A stretch of 64,000 nucleotides of DNA from the NCBI GenBank assembly GCA_019744845.1, contig JAIETW010000001.1, positions 12,623 through 76,622 of the forward strand, given 5' to 3'. A model generated the notes under the pieces. That model had not been told where the DNA came from, ran no database searches, and worked only from the letters and a program-made list of their open reading frames with translations. A program made the translations under genes and the position numbers. Source of the stretch: Patescibacteria group bacterium (GTDB taxonomy: Bacteria; Patescibacteriota; Minisyncoccia; Phycocordibacterales; Phycocordibacteraceae). Shown piece after piece: positions 38,248-48,365 of the stretch (position 1 is the stretch's first letter; every line of letters starts with the position of its first letter).

Positions 38248-39666
38248 TTACAGTATATCAATTGCGGCAGTGAGACGTAAGAGTGTCTCTTCTTTTCCGA
38301 GTACGGAAATAAGCGTAAATGGATCTGGGGAGCGTTCGGCACCAGACAGTGCATAGCGAGTTGGCCACAAGACGGCGGCCCTTCCTTTCTCGTCTGCATA
38401 CGGCATAAGAACGGCCTTTACGGCTTCAGGGTCAGCCCCTTCATGAAGCCCCTCTACAAGGCCTTTTACAGCCTCTAGGTGGCCTTTGGTGGTGCCAGTC
38501 TCCCCTTCGCCCTCCTTACCCGTAAGAAGGCCTATATCAAGCGTAGGAGCCTCAAAAAGGCAGCGGAGTTCCCCATGTAGCATCTCCCGGGCCTCCTTAA
38601 AGGTCTGGGCCCGCTCTTTCAAAATAGGCACTATCTTTGTAAGGCGTTCTGGGTGTGCAGCAGAGAGATTTCCCATCGTCACATAGTCGTCGGAAGACAG
38701 CGTTCGCATCCATTCGCGATTGATATGAAGGAGCTTCTCTTCATCAAAACGTGCGCCGCCTTTTTGTACACGCGCAAGATCAAAGGATGCGAGCAGATCT
38801 TCACGAGACAAAATCTCTGAACCGCTTTCTGGATGCCATCCAAGAAGCGCAAGGAAGTTCATCATCGCTTCGGGAAGGTATCCCTCTTCACGGTATTCAA
38901 GAATATCTTTTGCACCATCACGCTTCCCTAGTTTCTTGGTACCTGCTTCACCAAGGATGATTGGCATGGTCGCGAAGTGTGGGCGCGCTATACCAAGCGC
39001 GTCATACAAGGAAAGAAACTTCGGCGTGGAAGAAATAAACTCCTGGCCACGCACGATGTGGGTTACTTCCATTAAAAGATCGTCCACGATATGCGCAAAG
39101 TTGTAGGTCGGGTATCCATCTCCCTTAATGAGGATAAAGTCATCAAGCGCTTCTTCTCCTGCAGACAACGTTCCCCACGCAAGATCCTCCCACTCATAGC
39201 GCTTCACCTCGGGTACTTTGAATCTAAGTGGGCGCTTCCCGTCCCATTCTTCCATCGTCTCCGGACGATGTTCACGGAACAAGAACGGACGCTTCTCCGC
39301 TTCTGCTTGTTTGCGCCACTCCTCTACCTGCGCTTCAGTAAATGGATCAGGGTATGCGTACCCCTTTTCTATAAGTTTAAGTGCGTACTCTTTGTAGGTC
39401 GCAAGACGATCTGACTGAAGATACGGTGCATGTGGCCCTCCGATGTCTGGTCCCTCATCCCATTCAATGCCAAGCCATTTGAGAGACTCAATGATGTGTG
39501 CGATGGATCCCTCTACTTCACGTGCCTTGTCAGTGTCTTCAATACGGAGAATAAACTTCCCTCCGTTCTTACGCGCATAGAGCCATGCAAAGAGTGCGGT
39601 GCGTACGCCACCCACGTGCATGAAGCCAGTTGGACTTGGTGCAAATCGTGTAACGACCTTACTCAT
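38248..39666 (-). CDS. gltX: Glutamate--tRNA ligase
   Basis: RFAPSPTG, HVGG, LRIEDTD, KLGKR. Confidence 0.97.
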   Translation of the reverse strand: MSKVVTRFAPSPTGFMHVGGVRTALFAWLYARKNGGKFILRIEDTDKAREVEGSIAHIIESLKWLGIEWDEGPDIGGPHAPYLQSDRLATYKEYALKLIEKGYAYPDPFTEAQVEEWRKQAEAEKRPFLFREHRPETMEEWDGKRPLRFKVPEVKRYEWEDLAWGTLSAGEEALDDFILIKGDGYPTYNFAHIVDDLLMEVTHIVRGQEFISSTPKFLSLYDALGIARPHFATMPIILGEAGTKKLGKRDGAKDILEYREEGYLPEAMMNFLALLGWHPESGSEILSREDLLASFDLARVQKGGARFDEEKLLHINREWMRTLSSDDYVTMGNLSAAHPERLTKIVPILKERAQTFKEAREMLHGELRCLFEAPTLDIGLLTGKEGEGETGTTKGHLEAVKGLVEGLHEGADPEAVKAVLMPYADEKGRAAVLWPTRYALSGAERSPDPFTLISVLGKEETLLRLTAAIDIL

Positions 39667-40805
39667 ACCTTTTCGTGTGTAAGTCCGATAGACAGGACTT
39701 CCTCTGCAATAATCTTTGCGGCATCTAGATTTGCAAATCCTGCGCTCTTCCCTTTCATCTGCATACGGAGCTCAGGGTTTTCAATGATGCGCTTCACTTC
39801 GCTCACGAGTACGTGTGGTGAAAGATTTACTTCCTCAATCACTGTTGCTGCACCCGTATGTGCGTAAGAGTACGCATTGGTGCGCTGGTCGTGACTAATC
39901 TCCTCAGGAATAGGAATGAGAATGGCTGGCGTGCCCCAAATCGCAATCTCCGTAATCGCCGTTGCTCCTGCGCGTGAGATCACCAGGTCCGCTGCACCCG
40001 CAGCACGACGCATAGACAGTGTAGAAAGGTACGGGAATGGATGATAGCGGCTTGCGTTTTGATTCCCTGCGAGTGCCACTGGTGCGGTCTTCTCCATACT
40101 CTTGAAGTGATCCTTTCCAGTCTGGTGAATCACGTTTCCGACGTTTACGAGCTCAGGAAGCGCAGCGAGCAAAGTCTCATTCATACGAAGAGAACCACTT
40201 GATCCTCCAATGACCAGAATAGTAGGTGCGGCAGGATCAAGATCTAGATACTGTGCTGCACCTTCGCGCTCTAGCTTCATCAAGTCCTTGCGCACCGGAA
40301 TGCCCGTGCGTGCCACTTTCTTCTGCATGTTCTTTGGGAAGTATGCGGCAGCGCTGTCAAAGGCAATGGCGATACGATGGGCAAAGCGTGCAGCAAAAAG
40401 ATTGGCACGTCCTGGCTTTGCGTCAGACTCATGAATGATGATTGGAATACCAAGAATCGCCGCAGCAGTTACCGTCGGGACACTTGCATACCCTCCTTTA
40501 GAGACAATCACATCAGGATATAAACGAAGCAGCATCAAGAATGCATAGATGGTACCGGTGATGGTAAGGAACCAGTCCGTGATGTTTTGTAGGGAGAAGT
40601 AACGACGCATCTTTCCTGCGGGACAGGCGACAAACACAATCTCGTTCTCAAACAACGCCTCCATGTCGTAGGCAGAGGGTGCCATGTAGTAGAGCTTTGG
40701 GGCAATAAGTCGGCGATCACGCACTTCATCGCGAATTGCTTCTGCAATCGCCACGATAGGATAGAAGTGACCCCCTGTTCCCCCTCCGGTAAAGACAACC
40801 TTCAT
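39663..40805 (-). CDS. murG: Lipid II GlcNAc transferase MurG
   Basis: GGGTGGH, KGGY, GGSSG, SRAGA. Confidence 0.96.
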   Translation of the reverse strand: MKVVFTGGGTGGHFYPIVAIAEAIRDEVRDRRLIAPKLYYMAPSAYDMEALFENEIVFVACPAGKMRRYFSLQNITDWFLTITGTIYAFLMLLRLYPDVIVSKGGYASVPTVTAAAILGIPIIIHESDAKPGRANLFAARFAHRIAIAFDSAAAYFPKNMQKKVARTGIPVRKDLMKLEREGAAQYLDLDPAAPTILVIGGSSGSLRMNETLLAALPELVNVGNVIHQTGKDHFKSMEKTAPVALAGNQNASRYHPFPYLSTLSMRRAAGAADLVISRAGATAITEIAIWGTPAILIPIPEEISHDQRTNAYSYAHTGAATVIEEVNLSPHVLVSEVKRIIENPELRMQMKGKSAGFANLDAAKIIAEEVLSIGLTHEKV

Positions 40806-40826
40806 AGATAGGAGCGATTATACCAC

Positions 40827-41945
40827 TCAGGCTTTTTTCTTGGCTCGGTGTGCGGCCACGTTCAAGATAATACCCACCGAGGCAAGAGCGGCCAGCAAGG
40901 CGCTGCCCCCGTGTGATACAAACGGGAGCGGAAGCCCAGTTAAAGGGAAAATGCCCAGCATCGCACCAATATTCAAGAACGCGGAGAACGTAATTAATAA
41001 GGTGAGTCCTGTTGCCGCATACGCGCCAAACGCATTCCCTGCCGTTGCCGCAATCGCAAGACCACGTGCGGCAAAGGCAACAAACAACAAGACAATGAAG
41101 GTGGTGCCGAGGAATCCAAACTCTTCTCCAAACACGGCAAACACGGAGTCGCCCACTGGTTCTGGAAGATAGTTAAACTTCTGCGCGCTTTGTCCGAACC
41201 CACGCCCGAGTGCGCCTCCGGAACCAATCGCAATCAGTGACTGTTGAATCTGGTATCCGCTTGCAAGTGGATCGCGGGAAGGATCCATGAAGGTCATCAC
41301 GCGCTCCATAAGGTATGGACGCATAGACACAAGGATCGCGAGGCCTACGACGGCAGCGAGTCCAATAATTGCAAAGTCTCGCCATGGTGCACCGGCTATG
41401 AAATAAAGCGCGACAGACGTAGCCCCGATGATAAGCACCGTAGAGGTGTTTGGTTGTAGGAGAAGGATAAGTGCGGGGATACCTACAATCACGCCAAATG
41501 GCACGAGCCCAGTCATAAAGTTCCCTAACTTCCCTTTTGCAGAGGCAAGGAAGGACGCAACCATAAGGATGGTGGCAATCTTAAGAAACTCAGATGGCTG
41601 CACGGTGGTAAATCCAAGATCAATCCAGCGTGTCGCCCCATTTACCGTCTGCCCTATTCCAGGAATAAAGACGGACGTAGTAAGAATAATGGCAATGATA
41701 TAGAACGGAGTAATTGCCTTCCGAATCCAATCTGGGCGGGAGAACCGAAGTGCAAAGAGCGCAATGACTCCTGGAAGAAGACCGAGGACGAGCTGTGTGA
41801 GCGCCAGACGCCACGGAGAACCATCAGGGCGCGCAAGAAGACCAAGCGCCGCGGATGAAAACATTGCGAGCCCTCCCACTACAAGCGCAAGGACGATGAG
41901 TGCGAACACCCGATCACCCGAGAAGCTTGATTTGGTAAAGAACAT
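40827..41945 (-). CDS. ftsW: SEDS glycosyltransferase FtsW
   Basis: NGATRWI, QPSEF, YQIQQS, TGLPLPFVSHGG; between mraY and murG. Confidence 0.9.
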   Translation of the reverse strand: MFFTKSSFSGDRVFALIVLALVVGGLAMFSSAALGLLARPDGSPWRLALTQLVLGLLPGVIALFALRFSRPDWIRKAITPFYIIAIILTTSVFIPGIGQTVNGATRWIDLGFTTVQPSEFLKIATILMVASFLASAKGKLGNFMTGLVPFGVIVGIPALILLLQPNTSTVLIIGATSVALYFIAGAPWRDFAIIGLAAVVGLAILVSMRPYLMERVMTFMDPSRDPLASGYQIQQSLIAIGSGGALGRGFGQSAQKFNYLPEPVGDSVFAVFGEEFGFLGTTFIVLLFVAFAARGLAIAATAGNAFGAYAATGLTLLITFSAFLNIGAMLGIFPLTGLPLPFVSHGGSALLAALASVGIILNVAAHRAKKKA

Positions 41946-41948
41946 AGT

Positions 41949-43010
41949 TTAGAGAAGTGCGATCGCGAGACCAAACACACCTGCAATGATGGTGATGATC
42001 CAGTAACGCATGGTCACCTTGTAAGGTGGCCATCCCATAGTTTCAAAGTGATGATGAATAGGCGCAATGCGGAAGAGCTTCTTTTTAAACACTTTCTTAG
42101 AGATCACCTGTAGAACGCTTGCGAGTACCGTCACGGTAAGAGGAAGCGCAATAATCGGAAGCACCGCAACACCCACACCATCTCCTAGCACATCGGATGA
42201 GAACGCAGTCACTGTGAGAGCAAGCGTAAGTGCCATACTCCCGGTCTCTGACATATAGAAACGCGCGGGCGGCACGTTAAACCACAAGAACGCAAAGATA
42301 CCGCCCGCTACCGTTGAGGCAAACGCGGCAAGCGCTACTTGCTCTTGTGCAAAGGCAATGCCCGCATACGCAAGGAAGATAATGCCGAAGATTCCTCCTG
42401 CAAGTCCATCAATGCCGTCTATCACGCCACTCGCATAAATCGCGATGGTGACGAACCAGAAAAAGAGTATGAAAAGAGGACCAAGCTCAAAGGGGCCTAT
42501 AAACGGAATACCAATTGCAGAGACATCAAGTTTGTCGTAAAACCACCAACCCGCGACGATACCGAAAAGAGAAACGAACATGAGACGCCACTTAAGCGAC
42601 AGACCCCCCGTGCTCTGGGTGATTTCAAGGAAATCATCAAAGAGGCCAATACCCGCACCAATCAAAAGTGCAACGAGTGGAAGCCATGTTTGTCCACGAT
42701 CCACAAAATCAAACCCTGCAAATGGTTCACCAAAGAATGTCGCGACAAGCCAAAGCAATAGGACGGTGACGACCGTAGAGGCCCAAATGAGGATGCCGCC
42801 CATGCGCGGTGTAGATACTTCACGTTCACGATGCAAATCATCAAAGAGGGGTGTGCCTCGGCTGTCACCAAGCCCCTTTCCCTTTCCGCCCTTCTTCTTC
42901 CATGCTTTGTACTTAAAAAGATAGTGCGTAAGGATTGGTGCAATCGCAATACCGATCGCAAAGGCGATCACGAACGGAAGAAGGACGCGTGCAGCATCAA
43001 GAATCATCAT
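41949..43010 (-). CDS. mraY: Phospho-MurNAc-pentapeptide transferase
   Basis: TPRMGG, GLFDD, DGIDGL, APIHHHF. Confidence 0.95.
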   Translation of the reverse strand: MMILDAARVLLPFVIAFAIGIAIAPILTHYLFKYKAWKKKGGKGKGLGDSRGTPLFDDLHREREVSTPRMGGILIWASTVVTVLLLWLVATFFGEPFAGFDFVDRGQTWLPLVALLIGAGIGLFDDFLEITQSTGGLSLKWRLMFVSLFGIVAGWWFYDKLDVSAIGIPFIGPFELGPLFILFFWFVTIAIYASGVIDGIDGLAGGIFGIIFLAYAGIAFAQEQVALAAFASTVAGGIFAFLWFNVPPARFYMSETGSMALTLALTVTAFSSDVLGDGVGVAVLPIIALPLTVTVLASVLQVISKKVFKKKLFRIAPIHHHFETMGWPPYKVTMRYWIITIIAGVFGLAIALL

Positions 43011-43957
43011 AAAGAAGCAAAGCGGTTAAGCGTACGAGAAAGAAGTCGCTCTACGTCGGTAAAGCGCCCTTCGCGCGTAGAGCCAAGCACGACAATCGCA
43101 ATCGGATGATTAATACCTGCGTCATACACGACCGCAAGATTTCCACCGGCAAGATCCGTAAACCCAGTCTTTGAAAGAAGGGCACCTGGGAACGCGGGGA
43201 TTTCCTGGTTCGTATTTTTCTCGGTGAATGCCTTCCCTTCCCGGGACGTCACACTTATAGAGGATTCAGTGGTTGCCTTTGCAAGATCAGGGGCGGCAGC
43301 AAGAAGCGCACCAGAAAGAAGAGCGACGTCATGTGCAGAACCGTATCCTCCAGAGACACTGCCACTTTCATCAAGACCTGTACCGTTCACGGCATAGGTT
43401 TGTGAAAGACCTGCGGCCTGTGCAGCGCTCGCAAGAAGTGAAGAACCAGAGGACGCGTGTGCCTGACCTGCCGCTTCTGCAATGGCAGACGCACCATCAT
43501 TAGAAGAACTGACGAGTGTTAAACGAGCGAGATCTTCAAAGGTAAAGGTGTCACCGTACACAAATCCACTATCTCCTTCCTCTGCGAGTGCATTAAAGGT
43601 AATCGGCACCACTGCGGTACGTGCGAGCGCATCGGCGGCTGCGTATACGGTCAAAAGCTTCGTCAGTGACGCAAGCGGAAGCTGTGCGTCTGCGTTCTTC
43701 TGAAAGAGCACTTCCCCTTTCGCAAGATCGTATACGATCGCGGCCTGTGCAGTGAGTGCCACACCCTGGTAGTAATCAACAGGAGCGACTTCCTCTACTA
43801 CTTCGGGAATGGGTTCCATTCCGGCGAACTGAGTGAGTGCAATGCCTCCCGCAAGAAGTGCGGCCATGCCAAGACCTGCGACTATCGCAATAGTGCGACG
43901 ACGTCCGCGCTCCCGCAGATCTTTTTCAATTGCAGTTTTAAAGGGGCTAGTTTCCAT
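43007..43957 (-). CDS. D-alanyl-D-alanine carboxypeptidase (S11)
   Basis: TM anchor; ASLTK, SSN, KTG; start set at METSP. Confidence 0.9.
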   Translation of the reverse strand: METSPFKTAIEKDLRERGRRRTIAIVAGLGMAALLAGGIALTQFAGMEPIPEVVEEVAPVDYYQGVALTAQAAIVYDLAKGEVLFQKNADAQLPLASLTKLLTVYAAADALARTAVVPITFNALAEEGDSGFVYGDTFTFEDLARLTLVSSSNDGASAIAEAAGQAHASSGSSLLASAAQAAGLSQTYAVNGTGLDESGSVSGGYGSAHDVALLSGALLAAAPDLAKATTESSISVTSREGKAFTEKNTNQEIPAFPGALLSKTGFTDLAGGNLAVVYDAGINHPIAIVVLGSTREGRFTDVERLLSRTLNRFASL

Positions 43958-44507
43958 CGTGTGATTCTTCCGCGGCCTGTGCACTCGCTTCCCGTGTGAG
44001 AGCAGCAGAAAACTCCTCATAGCGAGGAAGATCGGACAATCGCTCTGCAGAGAGATGTGCGAGTGCTTCGGACGTGACTTCGTACCGTGCACGACGACGA
44101 TCAGTCGGATCTTCAATACGACGAATAAGACCACGGAGAAGAAGTGAACGAAGGGCGGTAGAGGAGTTCACTCCACGAACCCAATCTATTTCTCCACGGG
44201 TGGCGCCATTCTTGTAAAGCACGAGGGCAAGAGTCTCAAGACCTGCCTTCCCTAGATCACGAGAAAGTTCACTCTCACGAAGTTTCTTAACGATATCTGC
44301 TGCCTCAGGGCTGGTACGTAGATCTAGTTCTTCTCCAGTCTCAATAAGCGCAAGACCTCGTTCGGTAAGGGTCTCGCGAAGACGATCTGCGGCAGCCTGG
44401 AGCTGATCGGAAGAAAGACCAAGCAAAGACGCAAGGCGCTTTTTAGACATCGCCTCACCAGAGGCGAAGAGGACGGCTTCAAGGAGGCTTTCTGGAGAAA
44501 GTGGCAT
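43947..44507 (-). CDS. scpB: SMC kleisin-associated ScpB
   Basis: LEAVLFASGE, LETLA, RGVNS; start set at MPLSPE. Confidence 0.92.
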   Translation of the reverse strand: MPLSPESLLEAVLFASGEAMSKKRLASLLGLSSDQLQAAADRLRETLTERGLALIETGEELDLRTSPEAADIVKKLRESELSRDLGKAGLETLALVLYKNGATRGEIDWVRGVNSSTALRSLLLRGLIRRIEDPTDRRRARYEVTSEALAHLSAERLSDLPRYEEFSAALTREASAQAAEESHDGN

Positions 44508-44568
44508 GTCGCTCCAGAATACCGCAGAGGTCCTAGGTCGCAAAATCCGCGGTGTATAATAGCGCTTC

Positions 44569-45339
44569 ATGATGACCCCCCTTGATAGCGTCATACTCGG
44601 TGTCGTTGAAGGAATTACTGAGTTCCTTCCCATCTCCTCTACCGGCCACCTAATTCTCACCGCAGAACTGCTAGGGCTCGCACCAACGGAATTCCTTAAA
44701 AGCTACGAGATTGTGATCCAGCTCGGCGCGATCGCCGCGGTCGTCTTCCTGTATTGGAGGTCCTTCCTGGATCTAGAGGTGTTGAAGCGCATTACCGCCG
44801 CTTTTATTCCTACCGCAGTCATTGGATTCCTTCTCTACTCCTTCATTAAGGACTATCTGTTTGAAAGCATGGAGGTGATTCTTGCCTCTCTCTTCCTTGG
44901 AGGCGTCGCTCTTATCGCGCTTGAGCTCTTTCATAAGGAGAAAGACGATGCGCACAAGGATGTAAAAGACATTACATACCGTCAAGCGTTCTTTATTGGT
45001 CTTATACAGACACTCGCGGTTATCCCAGGAGTCTCCCGTTCAGGCGCTACCATTGTCGGAGGTCTTCTCCTCGGTGTCTCTCGTGTTGCTATTGTGGAAT
45101 TCTCCTTCCTTCTTGCGGTGCCTACGATTGCGGCTGCGACGGGGTATGACCTTCTCAGAAACTCTCACGTATTTACGGAGAATGATTTTCTACTTCTCGC
45201 AATCGGATTTGTGGTCTCCTTCCTTGTTGCCATTGTCGCAATTAAGTTCCTCCTAAACTTCATCCGTAATTACACCTTTATCCCGTTCGGTATCTACCGA
45301 ATCCTTCTTGCGCTCGTATTCTTCTTTGTGATCCTCTAA
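44569..45339 (+). CDS. uppP: Undecaprenyl-diphosphatase
   Basis: EGITEFLPISSTGH, PGVSRSGATI. Confidence 0.97.
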   Translation: MMTPLDSVILGVVEGITEFLPISSTGHLILTAELLGLAPTEFLKSYEIVIQLGAIAAVVFLYWRSFLDLEVLKRITAAFIPTAVIGFLLYSFIKDYLFESMEVILASLFLGGVALIALELFHKEKDDAHKDVKDITYRQAFFIGLIQTLAVIPGVSRSGATIVGGLLLGVSRVAIVEFSFLLAVPTIAAATGYDLLRNSHVFTENDFLLLAIGFVVSFLVAIVAIKFLLNFIRNYTFIPFGIYRILLALVFFFVIL

Positions 45340-46073
45340 CCGTACTTCGGGAGATCGGTGGTCGTATCTTTGATACGAATGTCAGAAAAATGTTCTCCCT
45401 GCTCTGCGTCTATACTTCCCTGCTTCACGAGCTCAAGAAGTGCCAAGAAGGAAACGATAATCTCCACCTTCTCTTTTGCATTTCCTGAGAATTCTTTAAA
45501 GGAAACTGAAAGTGCACCACGTACCCTATCAAGCAGTCGCTCCATCATCTCTTCAATGGTGATCATAGGGCGCACACGTGCTTCTTGGAGTTTCTCTACC
45601 TTCTCAAGTGCAGCCAGTGCGTCAGCAAGTGCCTGTTCAAGATTAGGAAGTGTGGCATCAGGACTTGGCGCAAAGATAGGTTCGGGAGCACGTTCTCCTG
45701 GCTCCACCATCACACGGCGCCCAAAGACACGTGAAAGCTCACGCGTCGCCTCGCGTACCTGCTCGTACATCTTCAAACGTCGCTTAAAATCCTCTACATC
45801 CTCCTCTTCTTCATTTGAAAGCTCAAGATCAGGGATGAGCGACTTAGACTTGATAAGAAGAAGCGTGGCAGCAACTTGAATAAAGTCCGCCGCATCTTCC
45901 ATTGGGAACTCTGCCTGACTACGCACGTGCGTAATAAAATCATCCGTTACCTGTGCAAGCGACAGGTCATTTACCAAAAGCTTTCGCTTCTCTATGAGTT
46001 CAAGGACAAGGGCGAACGGGCCTTCAAAGGCTGGAGTACGGACGGTAAAACCAGTGCGGGTTTCCTCCGTCAT
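45336..46073 (-). CDS. scpA: Kleisin ScpA
   Basis: FEGPFALVLELI, LLLIKSKSLIP, FLALLELVK. Confidence 0.93.
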   Translation of the reverse strand: MTEETRTGFTVRTPAFEGPFALVLELIEKRKLLVNDLSLAQVTDDFITHVRSQAEFPMEDAADFIQVAATLLLIKSKSLIPDLELSNEEEEDVEDFKRRLKMYEQVREATRELSRVFGRRVMVEPGERAPEPIFAPSPDATLPNLEQALADALAALEKVEKLQEARVRPMITIEEMMERLLDRVRGALSVSFKEFSGNAKEKVEIIVSFLALLELVKQGSIDAEQGEHFSDIRIKDTTTDLPKYG

Positions 46074-47035
46074 TATTTATTACGGCTCACACGGATGAGG
46101 CCTGAGCACGGGACGATTTCAACTCCCTTCGCTTCAAACTTGTCCAAGACGAGGTTCATGCCAATAGAGTCAGAGCTCATGTGCCCGGCAATGACGAGAT
46201 TGATGTGATTCTTCATCGCCTCAGTGCGATGCTCTTCTGACGCATGCATGGCGATGATGGTGCCCACTCCTGCCTGTGCGAGCTTCTCATAGATCATAGG
46301 GGAGCCTTCGGTGCCGCCGGTAATTTCAAGCGGCGCAATCTTTCCTGCACGATTCTTCTCTCCTCCGGCAAAGAGGGTTGGTCCTGCCTTAGACTTCATT
46401 GCGACCTGATACTCAGGAATCTCTTTAAGAACCGCAATGACATCTCCCACGGTCTCTGCACTCTTCTCGTTGAAAAGATCTTCAAGGAAACGGAAGACCA
46501 TGTTATCTGCAATCGTGTGCGTACACACATATGAAAGTCCAAGAAGCTTTGCGGCGTCTACTGACTGCGTATGGTTACGAGGACTAATCTTACGAGCCAC
46601 CTCGTTGATACGCTCGCGCATGATTCCTTCTGCAACGTTAATTGGCACTCCATAGCGCGCCATGTTCTCTGACTGCATCTCCATGACTTCGTGAAGCGCA
46701 GCGTATGCCTTTGCCTGTGGATGGTGTGCGACGAGTGCATCTATCCCTGCTCCCTGCTGGTTCATGAGTCCAGCTATGGCAACTTCTCCGACATCTATAT
46801 CAATGCCAGCCATGATCTTCTTCACTTCCTTATCAGGATCACCCGCGAAGATACCGGAGTCTATGTACGGATCCCACAAATCTTCTTCGTGGTACTCAGC
46901 CTTTTGTTTCTCTGAAAGCCCGTCGTATTCTTTCTTGCGACGTGCAAGAAGCTTCTCTACCCCATCACGTCCACGAGGATCGGCATCAATACCGAGCTCT
47001 ACTGCCTCTGTGTACATTTCTTTTAGGGTTGCCAT
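46073..47035 (-). CDS. NIF3-like dinuclear metal protein
   Basis: GIDID, AHHP, HTIADN, AGHMSSDSIG. Confidence 0.8.
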   Translation of the reverse strand: MATLKEMYTEAVELGIDADPRGRDGVEKLLARRKKEYDGLSEKQKAEYHEEDLWDPYIDSGIFAGDPDKEVKKIMAGIDIDVGEVAIAGLMNQQGAGIDALVAHHPQAKAYAALHEVMEMQSENMARYGVPINVAEGIMRERINEVARKISPRNHTQSVDAAKLLGLSYVCTHTIADNMVFRFLEDLFNEKSAETVGDVIAVLKEIPEYQVAMKSKAGPTLFAGGEKNRAGKIAPLEITGGTEGSPMIYEKLAQAGVGTIIAMHASEEHRTEAMKNHINLVIAGHMSSDSIGMNLVLDKFEAKGVEIVPCSGLIRVSRNK

Positions 47036-47046
47036 AGGAAAATAAA

Positions 47047-48360
47047 TTACGCGCCTTCTTGTGAAAGAAGAAGGTCAATGCGGTTCATATCACGTGGGAA
47101 TGCTGATGCTTCTTTCGCATTTCCAAGGTTGAGCATCTTCATGGTGAAGCGCTCTATACCAGTAGAACAGCCGCCATGCGGAGGAATACCGTATTTAAAA
47201 GCTTGGAGATAGAACTGGAACTTGTCTGGGTCCATTCCGCGCTCCTTAATACGCGCCACCATTTCATCGTAGTTATGAATGCGCTGGGCACCGCTGTTGA
47301 TCTCTAGACCACGGAACAAGAGGTCAAAGCCACGAGAAAGCGTACCGTCCTCTGCCATGGTGTAGAAGGCGCGCGCGTTTGTTGGGAAGCGCGTAATGAA
47401 TACGAAATCTGATCCGTGCTCCTTCAGTGCCCATTCGCAGATATTTCGCTCATGTTCAGGCGTCATGTCGTCTTCCGGGGTCACGCCAAGCTTCTCATGT
47501 GCCTCACGAAGTGTGAGTACTGGGAACTTGTCACCCAGTGCCGGTACTGGTACTCCCATACGCTCAAATACATCTGCGTGTTTCTTTGCCACCGTCTCCA
47601 CGACGTCACGAATAGTGCGCTCAAGTGTTGCCATTACTTCCCTCTCATCCGAAATGAAGCCCATTTCAAAATCTACACAGGTTGCCTCAGAAAGGTGGCG
47701 GGTGGTTGCACTCTTCTCTGCGCGGAAGATGCGTGCAACGGTAAAGGCACGTTCAAACGCCCCCACCATAATCTGCTTGTAGAGCTGAGGAGAGGTGGCC
47801 AGGTATGCGGTGCGATCATTAAAGTAATCCACTTTAAACACCGCAGCTCCTCCTTCTGCGTCTCCTCCTACGAGTGACGGTGCTTGGAACTCAGTGAAGT
47901 CCTGTGCGATGAGTGACTGGCGGTACGCATCAACAACGGTTGCCTGCACTTTAAAGATATCGTGATCGCGCTGACTACGAAGTGTGAACGGACGGTAGTC
48001 AAAACGAGTATCAATGTTGATATCAGTATCTTTTTCAAACGGAAGTTCCTGTGCACGAGAAAGAATCTCAATGCGTAGAACTTCAAGTTCAATATCACCG
48101 TTCAACTTTCCTGCTTGCACATTTTTCTGTGGACGAACATTAACCTTTCCGGTAACGGAAACAACATACTCATGACGAGTCTCCTTTGCAGCGTCCACAG
48201 CCTCACTCTTGGGAAGCACGACGCCCTGGACCATTCCGCTCCGATCGCGGAAATCAAAGAAAACCATCTTGCCCTGGTCACGACGCACATCTACCCATCC
48301 GGCGATGGTCACCTCTTTTCCTACGTGGGCCTTCAGGTCCCGTATTAGTACCCGTTCCAT
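47047..48360 (-). CDS. aspS: Aspartate--tRNA(Asp/Asn) ligase, short archaeal-type
   Basis: OB fold, YLATSPQLYKQ, FRAE, SGAQRIH, PPHGG; 437 aa with no GAD insert. Confidence 0.88.
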   Translation of the reverse strand: MERVLIRDLKAHVGKEVTIAGWVDVRRDQGKMVFFDFRDRSGMVQGVVLPKSEAVDAAKETRHEYVVSVTGKVNVRPQKNVQAGKLNGDIELEVLRIEILSRAQELPFEKDTDINIDTRFDYRPFTLRSQRDHDIFKVQATVVDAYRQSLIAQDFTEFQAPSLVGGDAEGGAAVFKVDYFNDRTAYLATSPQLYKQIMVGAFERAFTVARIFRAEKSATTRHLSEATCVDFEMGFISDEREVMATLERTIRDVVETVAKKHADVFERMGVPVPALGDKFPVLTLREAHEKLGVTPEDDMTPEHERNICEWALKEHGSDFVFITRFPTNARAFYTMAEDGTLSRGFDLLFRGLEINSGAQRIHNYDEMVARIKERGMDPDKFQFYLQAFKYGIPPHGGCSTGIERFTMKMLNLGNAKEASAFPRDMNRIDLLLSQEGA

Positions 48361-48365
48361 ATTCC

